DNA of 32,000 nt from Microcystis aeruginosa NIES-843 (GCF_000010625.1 NC_010296.1:4140001-4172000); one strand, 5' to 3'; positions 9,619 through 18,309 are shown, counted from the first letter of the stretch. The notes: generated by a model not told the origin, from the letters alone. Numbers and translations: made by a program.

Positions 9619-9806
9619 GGTTCTTCGTTACTTGGTATGCTTCGATCAGGGGGCATAAATCGGCTAAATCCTTATCTGGCAAGAGACTTAATTGATTAGC
9701 TCGTTCTAGATTGAAAACAATTGGCAAAAATCGAAGCAATGTCTTTCTATATAAGGGTTTCACCCCTTATAACTCCCGTCCATTGCATAACACAAACCGA
9801 AGAACC
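9619..9806 (-). mobile_element. MITE-like 188-bp element, copy 2, with 8-bp target-site duplication
   Basis: Terminal inverted repeats GGTTCTTCG (9619-9627) and CGAAGAACC (9798-9806). It is flanked by direct AGTAGGTA at 9611-9618 and 9807-9814. The interior is homologous to 51-226. Confidence 0.75.
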
Positions 9807-9833
9807 AGTAGGTAGGTGTTAAAAGTTGTCAGA

Positions 9834-9895
9834 CACCCCCCTTATTAAGGGGGGCAGGGGGGATCCACCCGCCTATCGGCACCCCCCTTATTAAG
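9834..9895 (+). repeat. GC-rich palindromic repeat units (CACCCCCCTTATTAAGGGGGGCAGGGGGGATC). Unit 1 is intact; unit 2 is split by IS4.
   Basis: Unit 1 spans 9834-9865. Unit 2 starts at 9880 and continues after the IS at 11483-11507. Related units in the opposite orientation lie at 18241-18309 and 18600-18635. Confidence 0.8.
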
Positions 9896-11482
9896 CTATC
9901 CATTAGTCACATCTTTCTTAACATAAAATTTGACAAAAAGAGAAAAGTGTGCCAGATGGCTCAAGGGGGTTCTATAGGGGGACTAATTTGATGAGATAGT
10001 TTCCAAGTCTGGCTGATATCATGTAACCTTCGCAGTCCCAACCAAATAGTTTTAACACCAGGTTCACCGTCACCTTTTCTACCTAAAAACCCCCCAAGAG
10101 AAGCAATCATTCTGACCGCTTCTCGAAAGGAGGGCGGCTTTTCAGGTGGCGGACTCTTTTTATGAATAGTGGCACACAAAGATTGCCATTCATGTTCTTC
10201 CAAAAAACTTTCACAACTCTCCTCTCCGTGTAAGCGTGCTTGATAGGTTAACCAAAGTAATCTCCAAGCTACAATTGAATAGGTAGCTAAGGCCATCTCA
10301 ATTCTCCTACCCGTTTCTAATTGCAGTTTTTCTAATCCACAACCACTTTTTAAAACAAAATGATAGCGTTCTATTAACCAGCGATAACTATACCAGCGCA
10401 CACAGGTTATCGCTGATTCAAAGCTACTAATGTCTAGGCTAGTTAAGAGCAGCCAACTGATAGGATTAACTCCGCTATGCGGATTTTCTTCTTCAGCTAA
10501 AATTACCTGTAATTTGACCGGTTGACGAGGGGTCGCCTTGGAGTGATGGCTAGGTACTTGTATTTCAAAACTGGCAAATCTAACTGTTAGTTTAGCTAGT
10601 CTAGCCTCGTGATTAGGATTGCGTTTTACTTGCACATCTAAGGTCCCACAGGCTTTTATTTCTCTGATGGATTGATGTAAATATTTAGGCTCTGAATGCC
10701 CTGACCTTTGCTTGTCTTCGAGATAGTTAACTTTTCGGTTATGAGTTCCTCGAATTAATAAATGAGAGTTAGGACTTCTTGATTGGGCAAATAAATCAAA
10801 TATGTCTGCCTCACAATCTCCGATTGTTACTACTTGAATATCTTCGGGTATCTGTTGTTGTGTTTCTGACAAAGAATCTAACCATCTTTGACTTTCTTTT
10901 TCTTGGGTTTCTCTTTTTTTGCGTTGCTTGGCAATCCCTAAATTCTTTTCTTCTCTTGCCCAGACATATTGATTAATCAGTCCTAAAGGTATTCCGACTG
11001 GGGACACTCCTAAGGTGGTATGAACTTTGAGACCAAAGGATTTTTTATAATCTAGATAACCCATGCCTTTTTTGGCTTTTTGCGTCGTAAAGTCTAAACT
11101 TGTTGTGTCTTGCACTGCCAAAACTATTGGATGTTCTTTGATTCTTTCTACTGTACTTTTGGCCTGGGCGGCAATTATATCTGAGGGGTGAAAATAGGGG
11201 GAATTCCAAAAGTCGTAGGTGGCACTCGCTGCGGCTAGATTTCCTGAAGCTTGTGGCACACTTGTACTAGGTTGACTGGCCAAGTTTTCCACGATACTGA
11301 TTAACCTTTTCTTTCTTCTGGTGTCCCCTAGGTCTGCATACTGTAATTCTTGGGCTGCCCATTTCTCCATTTTTTTGCTTACCTCCACCTTAATTCCTTC
11401 TTTCAAAACTATACCTATCAATCGTTTCCCCTTTTTTTAAGTTTCTTCTCTTTTTGTTAAGAAAGATCCGACTAATGGATAG
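9896..11482 (-). mobile_element. IS4-family insertion sequence (complete)
   Basis: 27-bp terminal IRs, CTATCCATTAGTC[AC/GG]ATCTTTCTTAAC, with 2 mismatches. The 9-bp direct repeat CTTATTAAG occurs at 9887-9895 and 11483-11491. It carries a single DDE transposase ORF. Confidence 0.9.
9961..11370 (-). CDS. IS4-family DDE transposase
   Basis: MEKWAAQELQYADLGDTRRKKRL N-terminus, and the YSYRWLIERYHFVLKSG (Y-R-E/K) signature typical of IS4 transposases. The start is taken at the ATG at 11370; the ORF track extends to a TTG at 11421. Confidence 0.9.
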   Translation of the reverse strand: MEKWAAQELQYADLGDTRRKKRLISIVENLASQPSTSVPQASGNLAAASATYDFWNSPYFHPSDIIAAQAKSTVERIKEHPIVLAVQDTTSLDFTTQKAKKGMGYLDYKKSFGLKVHTTLGVSPVGIPLGLINQYVWAREEKNLGIAKQRKKRETQEKESQRWLDSLSETQQQIPEDIQVVTIGDCEADIFDLFAQSRSPNSHLLIRGTHNRKVNYLEDKQRSGHSEPKYLHQSIREIKACGTLDVQVKRNPNHEARLAKLTVRFASFEIQVPSHHSKATPRQPVKLQVILAEEENPHSGVNPISWLLLTSLDISSFESAITCVRWYSYRWLIERYHFVLKSGCGLEKLQLETGRRIEMALATYSIVAWRLLWLTYQARLHGEESCESFLEEHEWQSLCATIHKKSPPPEKPPSFREAVRMIASLGGFLGRKGDGEPGVKTIWLGLRRLHDISQTWKLSHQISPPIEPP

Positions 11483-11553
11483 CTTATTAAGGGGGGCAGG
11501 GGGGATCAGAGGCAAAATCTATCTTCAATTTAATTATAACTACTTACTTAGAT
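11483..11553 (+). repeat. ~70-bp repeat (palindromic GC unit plus AT-rich tail) immediately upstream of the protease gene
   Basis: CTTATTAAGGGGGGCAGGGGGGATCAGAGGCAAAATCTATCTTCAATTTAATTATAACTACTTACTTAG aligns with the reverse complement of 18553-18635. Confidence 0.7.
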
Positions 11554-11560
11554 AAAAATA

Positions 11561-13537
11561 ATGGTTGCATCTCTAGAATCTTCTCTGGTCAGAATTTATA
11601 AGCAACGAAAAAATAAAGATGATACAATAGAAATTGTCGGAGCGGGATTTCTAATATCATCAGAATACTTGATTACCTGCGCTCATGTTGTTAATGAATC
11701 TTTAGGATTAGTATTAACATCTGCTGAGAAACCCACTGACATTATTGAGTGTGATTTTCCTATCATTGCATCGGGTACATCTTTAGAAACAACCGTAGAA
11801 GTTTGGCATCCGGTTAAATTTAAAAGCAACTATCCTCAAGATATTGCTATCTTAAGATTAAAAGATTCAGTTCCTTTACAAGCTCAACCAGTTTCTTTAA
11901 TTACCTATAAAATAGGAGATTTATCTGATCATAATTATAAAGCTTATGGTTTTTCCAGAAACGAAGGTGTCTGGTCTGATGGTAAGATAATAGGTCATAT
12001 TGCTAACAACAAAATTCAGATAGAAGATAATAAAAGCACGGGATATGCTGTAGAAGGTGGGTTTAGTGGGACAGCTATCTGGGATGAGCAATTGGGGGGA
12101 GTAGTGGGGATGGCAGTAAGTGCTGATAAGGAAAAAATGTTTGCAAAATCTGCATTTTTTATTCCTACTAATGTTCTTTTAAAAGCTTGGGATAAGTTGC
12201 TATATATAGCACAAGTAGAAGGAAGAATCCCTAGAATCATCTCCTTGGTTAGATGTATATTTGAAAACAAGAGTTATCAAGATCAACTTAATACAGCTTA
12301 TGAAAATTTAAAAATTGAAGTGAGGGATCATTTAGTGGATTTACCTAGAGTAATTCCTTCCTCTTGGTCTGATTTTATAGAAATAATCTATCAATTAGAT
12401 GAAAGATATTTGACCTATGCTTCTCAATCAAAATTTTCTTGGTTAGAAATATTTATTGGCTATTTAATCATTCAGTTAACCTCAACAGATGCTCTGGCAA
12501 AGTTATTAAAAGAATGGCTAAAAAAATATCAAACCAAATGGGAAGTTTTAATCAATACTTTAGAGAATAATCTTAATCATCGCTCACAAAATATCGCTCA
12601 AAAATCAACAGACAAAAATCCCTGCTTATTTGTTACCCTTACAGAGGAAAACAAATCTTTAATGCTGAGAGCTTGGATTGTTAAAGATATCAACAATTAT
12701 CATCCCACAGAAAAAGAACCTCAAAAACGTGGAGAATATCAATCTTTAACCCCCAATGAAGGAATAAGTCTGGGTAATCATCTCCAAGAAAATGAATTGA
12801 TTAATCACCTAAAAAAATTTAAACGAGAATCAGAAAATATCTGTCAATCTTCCCTAGAAAAAGTTCAATTTTTTCTTCCCTATAGATTTATTGAAAAAGA
12901 GATTAAACCGATTGATTTATTTTCAATTGATGAAGTGGCAACAGCTACAGGCTGCGATCCTCATCATTGGGGAGTCGATCATGAGATAATCATGAGATTT
13001 TCAGAACGAATAACAGCCGAAAATATCAACAATCAACAAAGCTATTTATGGATGAAAAAATGCCAACTTTTTCGGAATATACAGCAGCAAAATCTGACCC
13101 AAATCTTAAAGTGTGAAGAAGAAATCAAAGAACTGATCGAATCAAACAATCAGCAAATAGTTATTTTAAAAAAACCTCTGGCAAATAATGACCATCCGAA
13201 TAAAATACTCAAATATCATAAATTTAACAATGTTATCGGTTCAAGGTTAACTAATCTCAGTCAAGAAAACTCCTTAGAGTTAAAAAATATTCTAGCCATT
13301 TTATACGAAACTGGAATCCCTTTATCTCTGTGGATACGACCCGATGCTAACCCAGAACTTAACTGTCAGGAAAAATTAGACCCTATCTGTCAATGTCCAC
13401 TAGAAAAATTACCAGAAATAATTAAAAATAGACGTTCCGCCGCTTGGTTAGAAGATAATCATATTGGGAATCATCTATCATTACTTTGGGATGACTACCA
13501 GCTTGTTCCCCCCAACTATCCACTTTTGATGCCATAA
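11561..13537 (+). CDS. Trypsin-fold serine protease fused to a large uncharacterised C-terminal module (VMAP-like, vWA-MoxR-associated protein)
   Basis: Candidate catalytic triad: His in LITCAHVV, Asp in QDIAILRL, Ser in GGFSGTAIW. Residues from about 230 to 658 carry no motif I recognise. The position upstream of MoxR and vWA genes fits the VMAP architecture. Confidence 0.7.
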   Translation: MVASLESSLVRIYKQRKNKDDTIEIVGAGFLISSEYLITCAHVVNESLGLVLTSAEKPTDIIECDFPIIASGTSLETTVEVWHPVKFKSNYPQDIAILRLKDSVPLQAQPVSLITYKIGDLSDHNYKAYGFSRNEGVWSDGKIIGHIANNKIQIEDNKSTGYAVEGGFSGTAIWDEQLGGVVGMAVSADKEKMFAKSAFFIPTNVLLKAWDKLLYIAQVEGRIPRIISLVRCIFENKSYQDQLNTAYENLKIEVRDHLVDLPRVIPSSWSDFIEIIYQLDERYLTYASQSKFSWLEIFIGYLIIQLTSTDALAKLLKEWLKKYQTKWEVLINTLENNLNHRSQNIAQKSTDKNPCLFVTLTEENKSLMLRAWIVKDINNYHPTEKEPQKRGEYQSLTPNEGISLGNHLQENELINHLKKFKRESENICQSSLEKVQFFLPYRFIEKEIKPIDLFSIDEVATATGCDPHHWGVDHEIIMRFSERITAENINNQQSYLWMKKCQLFRNIQQQNLTQILKCEEEIKELIESNNQQIVILKKPLANNDHPNKILKYHKFNNVIGSRLTNLSQENSLELKNILAILYETGIPLSLWIRPDANPELNCQEKLDPICQCPLEKLPEIIKNRRSAAWLEDNHIGNHLSLLWDDYQLVPPNYPLLMP

Positions 13538-13545
13538 ATTGAATC

Positions 13546-14427
13546 ATGAAAGACTGGAAAATTTTTACAGGAAATCAGGATCCCACAGACGCTTGGACAT
13601 TACCAGACCCTCCCAGCTGGCGACCTTTTGGCAAAGAAAAGCAACCGGGAGAAAGTCGTCGTAAGCATCGGGGAGAAACCTTTCTAGTGCGCGAAGAAGA
13701 AATTAAAATGGTCAATGCAGCCTTGTATTTACGGCGACCTTTATTAGTAACCGGCAAACCAGGGACAGGAAAGTCATCTCTTGCCTATAAAGTCGCCCAG
13801 GAATTAAAATTAGGAGAAGTATTATACTGGCCGATTACCACCCATACTACCCTAAAAGATGGACTTTATAACTATGATGCGATCGGTCGGTTACAGGAAG
13901 TTAAATTACTGGAACGAGAGCAAAAAGAATTAACCCCAGAAGAACGAAAAGACCAATTAAAACAGATTGAAAAATATATTACCCTTGGACCGTTGGGAAC
14001 CGCACTATTAAAGTCGGAAAAGCCAAGAGTACTGTTAATTGATGAAATTGATAAGAGTGATATCGATTTACCCAATGATTTACTCACCTTATTTGAAGAA
14101 GGACGCTTTGAAATCCCCGAATTAGTTAGGCTAAAAGAAGAAGTCCCAAGCGTTGAAGTACGAACTGCTTATACCGATACAACCGACGTTACCAAGGAAA
14201 ATATAAAAACACCTATAAATGATGGTTTAGTTATCTGTAAGGCTTTTCCTTTTGTGATTTTAACTAGCAATGGAGAACGAGACTTTCCTGCACCTTTTTT
14301 GCGTCGTTGTCTCCGTTTAACCATGAAAGAGCCAGAGAAACCCGACTTAATTAAAATAATTGAGGCCCATTTAGAAGAAACAATTACTATAGTCATTTCA
14401 AATAAGTGTGAGACGAGGGAAAAATAA
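13546..14427 (+). pseudogene. MoxR-type AAA+ ATPase, 5' part (native sequence to 14389, then an IS630-derived tail)
   Basis: Walker A GKPGTGKS, Walker [12 protein letters not shown], and FPAPFLRRC. The ORF runs into the IS630 left end at 14390 and stops at 14427. Confidence 0.85.
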
Positions 14428-15339
14428 GGTAAAATCAAGAGAAACGAGCAACCCATACAGAAAAATGTCTTATAGCCTAGACTTGAGAAAAAAAGTAATC
14501 GATTATGTAGAGAATGGGGGAAGCATAACCAAAGCCGCCGCTCTATTTAATATAGGAAGAGCGACGATATATAGATGGCTAGGTAGGGAAAAACTGGAAG
14601 CAACAAAGGTAAAACACCGTCAGAGAAAGCTGGACTGGAAAGCACTGTCAAAAGATGTCCAAGAAAATCCCGAGGCAAGATTAAGAGACAGAGCCGAGAA
14701 ATTTGGAGTGAGACCAAGTGCCATTTGCTATGCCTTAAAAAACATGAAAGTTACCAGAAAAAAGAAGGAACTTCGTTATAGAGAAAGAAACCGAGAAGAA
14801 AGAATGAAATACTACAGAGTGCTGAGAGAATTGATTAAAATATATGGAAGTGAAAGCCTTGTATTTATTGATGAGTCAGGGTTTGAAGAATTTCAAGCCT
14901 GTTTTTATGCTTGGTCAAAAAAAGGGAAGAAAGTCTTTGGAGATAGACAAGGAAAACGAGGAAAAAGAGAGAACCTTGTCGCTGGTAGAAGAAAGGGAAA
15001 AAAAGACTTTATTGCACCGATGGTATTTACGAGAAGCCTGAATGCCGAAGGTTTTGAAGGGTGGTTATCTTTATATTTGTTGCCCTCTCTAACCATAACA
15101 TCAGTATTAATTATGGATAATGCACCAATTCATCGGAAGACAGTCATTAAACAACTGGTAGAGGAAGCAGGTCATCAGGTCGTGTTTTTGCCAAAATACT
15201 CTCCTGATTTAAATGATATCGAACATGATTTTAGTGCATTAAAGAGGGCAAGAATGTATGCTCCTGTGGGGACACCCCTTGATGAAATTATTCGTACTTA
15301 TTGTGTCGCCTAGTGTCTCGTTCTTATTTGAAATAACTA
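14390..15339 (+). mobile_element. IS630-family (Tc1/mariner-like) insertion sequence
   Basis: Terminal IRs TAGT[C/T]ATTTCAAATAAG at both ends. TA dinucleotide at 14388-14389 and 15340-15341. It carries a single DDE transposase ORF. Confidence 0.9.
14465..15313 (+). CDS. IS630-family transposase
   Basis: N-terminal HTH (SITKAAALFNIGRATIYRWL) and DDE region (VFIDESGF, IMDNAPIH, YSPDLNDIEHDF). The start is taken at the ATG at 14465. Confidence 0.9.
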   Translation: MSYSLDLRKKVIDYVENGGSITKAAALFNIGRATIYRWLGREKLEATKVKHRQRKLDWKALSKDVQENPEARLRDRAEKFGVRPSAICYALKNMKVTRKKKELRYRERNREERMKYYRVLRELIKIYGSESLVFIDESGFEEFQACFYAWSKKGKKVFGDRQGKRGKRENLVAGRRKGKKDFIAPMVFTRSLNAEGFEGWLSLYLLPSLTITSVLIMDNAPIHRKTVIKQLVEEAGHQVVFLPKYSPDLNDIEHDFSALKRARMYAPVGTPLDEIIRTYCVA

Positions 15340-15341
15340 TA

Positions 15342-15517
15342 ACAATCCAGACATCGATAAACTGATTGATAACTTCATTCAAAAGCGCAATTCACAAACC
15401 CTAGCCACGGATCAATTACTTAATGCTATTTTTATGGTCAAAAAAGGAGCTATATCAACTACAGATGACCTGATTAATCAACTTTTGAAAGATTTGGGGA
15501 GGGTAGAAGATGAGTGA
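15342..15517 (+). pseudogene. MoxR-type AAA+ ATPase, displaced 3' fragment
   Basis: Joining 14389 to 15342 continues the frame as ...EETIT-NNPDIDKLIDNFIQKRNSQTLATDQLLNAIFMVKKGAISTTDDLINQLLKDLGRVEDE-stop. The total is 1020 nt. The TGA at 15515-15517 overlaps the ATG at 15510 of the next gene. Confidence 0.8.
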
Positions 15518-18125
15518 ATCCCCATCCAATTCATCAATTAAAAAACTATTAGATTATCTAGAGCAAACAGGACTACTAGAACGGTTACAACTCAGTGATG
15601 AAGATGTAGCTGATAGTATCTGGTTGGCCTTACAAATGGGTGTTGAAGACTTGCAATCACCGCCAATATTTCCAGAAAATAAACAGCCAATAGATTCATC
15701 AAATTCTAATCAAATAGAGGAAAATTTAGAGAATATTCCAGAAGATAACCTATCAAAATCCCAGCCAAATGTCGATGTTATTACCGAAGAATCTCTACCC
15801 AAAGAAATAGAAAAACCCACCCCAATCCAAGGCTTTCCTTTTCAAGTTCCTGCTGCTCCTGCATTACAGACAGCACTCTTGATTAGTCGCGCTTTGCGTC
15901 CTTTCATGGGAAAAGTTCCCTCAGCAACTAAAACGATTCTAGATGAAGAAGCAACCGCTTCTTTTATTGCAGAAAGGGATATTTGGCTACCCGTGACTAA
16001 ACCCCAACCGGAACGCTGGTTAACCCTCGAATTAGTAGTAGAAGAATCTAGATCCTCTTTCATTTGGCGAGAATTAATTAATGAGTTACAAAATCTCTTA
16101 GAAAATCAAGGAGCATTTAAAACCGTCAGAGTTTGGCAACTATCAACCTCAAATAATCAAGAATTACAGTTAGTAAGACGCAGAAAAAAAGGTAAACCGG
16201 GACAACGTTATCACCCCCATAAAGAACTTATTCATCCCAGGGGACGGGGATTAGTTTTGCTAGTAAGTGATTGTGTTTCTCCTCTCTGGCAAAAAGCCTT
16301 AATTCATCCTTGGTTAAAAGATTGGTCAGAAAAACAACCCACCGCTATTCTGCAACTTTTCCCCGAAAGATTATGGAATAGTACCCAACTAGGACGGGGA
16401 CGTAAACTCTTTACCACTGCTTTAACTGCCGGGGTTCCCAATCCGAAATTAATCTTAAAAAATTATCCCCAATGGCTACCGATTAACTGGCAAAATACCC
16501 TTCTTATTCCCGTAATCACGTTAGAAACAGAAGTCCTCAAACAATGGGCAAAAGTTGTCGCTGGTTCAGGTAATGCTCAGATTTCCGCTTTTTTATTTGA
16601 TTTAGAATTTATTAAACAACAAATTATCGAAATTCCCCCTATATCCAGAGAGGAAAATAAGCAAGACAGCGAAGATAAAAACAGCATTAAAAATAAGGCC
16701 GAGGCAATGGTCGAGCGATTTTTTGCCACCGCGTCAGAACCAGCCAAAAAACTAGCAAAAATGATGGCAGCTGCCCCGGTAAGTATGCAGGTGGTCAATC
16801 TTATTCGTAAAACTCTTTTAAACGAAGTGCGTCCCGTTCATGTGGCAGAATTCTACATGGGAGGTTTATTAAAACCGATTGTAGAAAATGAAGAAGGACA
16901 GTATCGAGTCTATGACTTTTTGCCCGGGGTACGTCAAGTCTTAAATGATGCTATCGGTAGGCGACAAACTATCAAGGTACTCGATGCTATTTCCCAATAT
17001 ATTGCCGGGGAAATTAAAAGTCCTATCCGCAGTTTTGCCGCTTTATTAACCCTATTACCCACCTATCCCCGAGAACAAAGAGAAAAAATTCTTCCCTTCG
17101 CTCAAGTCAGCATCGAAGTCTTACGCAATCTGGGGGGAGAATACGCAGAATTTGCCGAAGAAATCGCCGTTAATATTTCTAATCCCCCTCCAATCCCTCA
17201 ATCCTCGCCACCTCCCTTAAAAACCCGTACCTTTGAATTTACCCTGGCAACCATAGAACGTCAGTCTCAAAGTCGTTTTGAACCAGAAAAATGGGTAATT
17301 AAAAAGGAAAAAAGGCAAGCAGAAGGCATTGTCGAAAAACTAGCCGAGGGAGTCGAATTGGAATTGATGGAAATCCCCGGCGGCACATTTATGATGGGAA
17401 CCGAAGACGGGGAAATTGCAAGACTGGTGAAAAAATTTGGTTGGGATGGATTTAGACGAGAAAAACCCTCACACCGAGTAACCGTTTCCTCTTTCTACAT
17501 GGGGCGTTATCCCATCACCCAAGCTCAGTGGCAAGCTATCGCCGCAACCGCTAAAATAGACATCGACCTAGAGACAAACCCTTCTCACTTTAAAGGGGAT
17601 GAGCTACCCGTAGAAAGAGTCAACTGGTATCAAGCAACGGAATTCTGTAAACGACTATCAAGGGAAACAAAACGGGAATATCGGCTACCGAGTGAGGCAG
17701 AATGGGAATATGCCTGTAGAGCGGGGACAACAACTGCTTTTCACTTTGGGGAAACGATAACGGCAGATTTAGCTAACTATCGAGGTACTGAAACTTATGC
17801 CCATGAACCAAAAGGAGAATATCGAGGTGAAACAACCCCAGTGGGCTATTTTAAGGTAGCTAATGCCTTCGGGTTGTACGATATGCACGGAAACGTTTGG
17901 GAATGGTGTGCCGATACCTGGCACGATGACTATAAGGATGCGCCGACGGATGGCAGTGCTTGGACAAAAAATGGGGATGATAATCGTTCTCCATTGCGGG
18001 GCGGTTCTTGGTTCAGCAATCCAGTTATCTGCCGTTCCGCTTTCCGCTCCTTCAGCCTCCGCCGCGACTGCAGCCTCAACTACGACGGTTTTCGGGTGGT
18101 GTGCGGTGCTGGGAGGACTCTGTAA
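15510..18125 (+). CDS. SAV_2336-like N-terminal domain / vWA-like domain / C-terminal FGE-sulfatase (SUMF1) domain protein
   Basis: N-terminal VADSIWLALQMG motif. vWA-like beta1 with the MIDAS-like motif LELVVEESRSS, and the LLVSDC strand. Pro-rich linker NPPPIPQSSPPP. C-terminal FGE-sulfatase motifs: IPGGTFMMGT, RVNWYQATEFC, YRLPSEAEWEYACRAG, HGNVWEWC, LRGGSW. Confidence 0.75.
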   Translation: MSESPSNSSIKKLLDYLEQTGLLERLQLSDEDVADSIWLALQMGVEDLQSPPIFPENKQPIDSSNSNQIEENLENIPEDNLSKSQPNVDVITEESLPKEIEKPTPIQGFPFQVPAAPALQTALLISRALRPFMGKVPSATKTILDEEATASFIAERDIWLPVTKPQPERWLTLELVVEESRSSFIWRELINELQNLLENQGAFKTVRVWQLSTSNNQELQLVRRRKKGKPGQRYHPHKELIHPRGRGLVLLVSDCVSPLWQKALIHPWLKDWSEKQPTAILQLFPERLWNSTQLGRGRKLFTTALTAGVPNPKLILKNYPQWLPINWQNTLLIPVITLETEVLKQWAKVVAGSGNAQISAFLFDLEFIKQQIIEIPPISREENKQDSEDKNSIKNKAEAMVERFFATASEPAKKLAKMMAAAPVSMQVVNLIRKTLLNEVRPVHVAEFYMGGLLKPIVENEEGQYRVYDFLPGVRQVLNDAIGRRQTIKVLDAISQYIAGEIKSPIRSFAALLTLLPTYPREQREKILPFAQVSIEVLRNLGGEYAEFAEEIAVNISNPPPIPQSSPPPLKTRTFEFTLATIERQSQSRFEPEKWVIKKEKRQAEGIVEKLAEGVELELMEIPGGTFMMGTEDGEIARLVKKFGWDGFRREKPSHRVTVSSFYMGRYPITQAQWQAIAATAKIDIDLETNPSHFKGDELPVERVNWYQATEFCKRLSRETKREYRLPSEAEWEYACRAGTTTAFHFGETITADLANYRGTETYAHEPKGEYRGETTPVGYFKVANAFGLYDMHGNVWEWCADTWHDDYKDAPTDGSAWTKNGDDNRSPLRGGSWFSNPVICRSAFRSFSLRRDCSLNYDGFRVVCGAGRTL

Positions 18126-18240
18126 CCCTTTTTCTCTTTTTTTCCCTTTTTACCCTCATTCCCTTTTCTGGAATTTTTTTGGGCAAGCTATAGTACAAGT
18201 GTATTGGTTTAGGGGTTATACTAAATCTGGTTATTTGGGT

Positions 18241-18309
18241 TCTCCCCCCTGCTCCCCTTGATAAGGGGGGTGTCGATCCCCCCTGCCCCCCTTGATAAGG
18301 GGGGTGTCC
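18241..18309 (-). repeat. Two tandem GC-rich palindromic repeat units (GATCCCCCCTGCCCCCCTTGATAAGGGGGGTG)
   Basis: Reverse-complement variants (TTGATAAG loop) of the units at 9834-9895 and 11483-11507. They start about 115 nt after the stop of the 871-aa gene. Confidence 0.8.
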
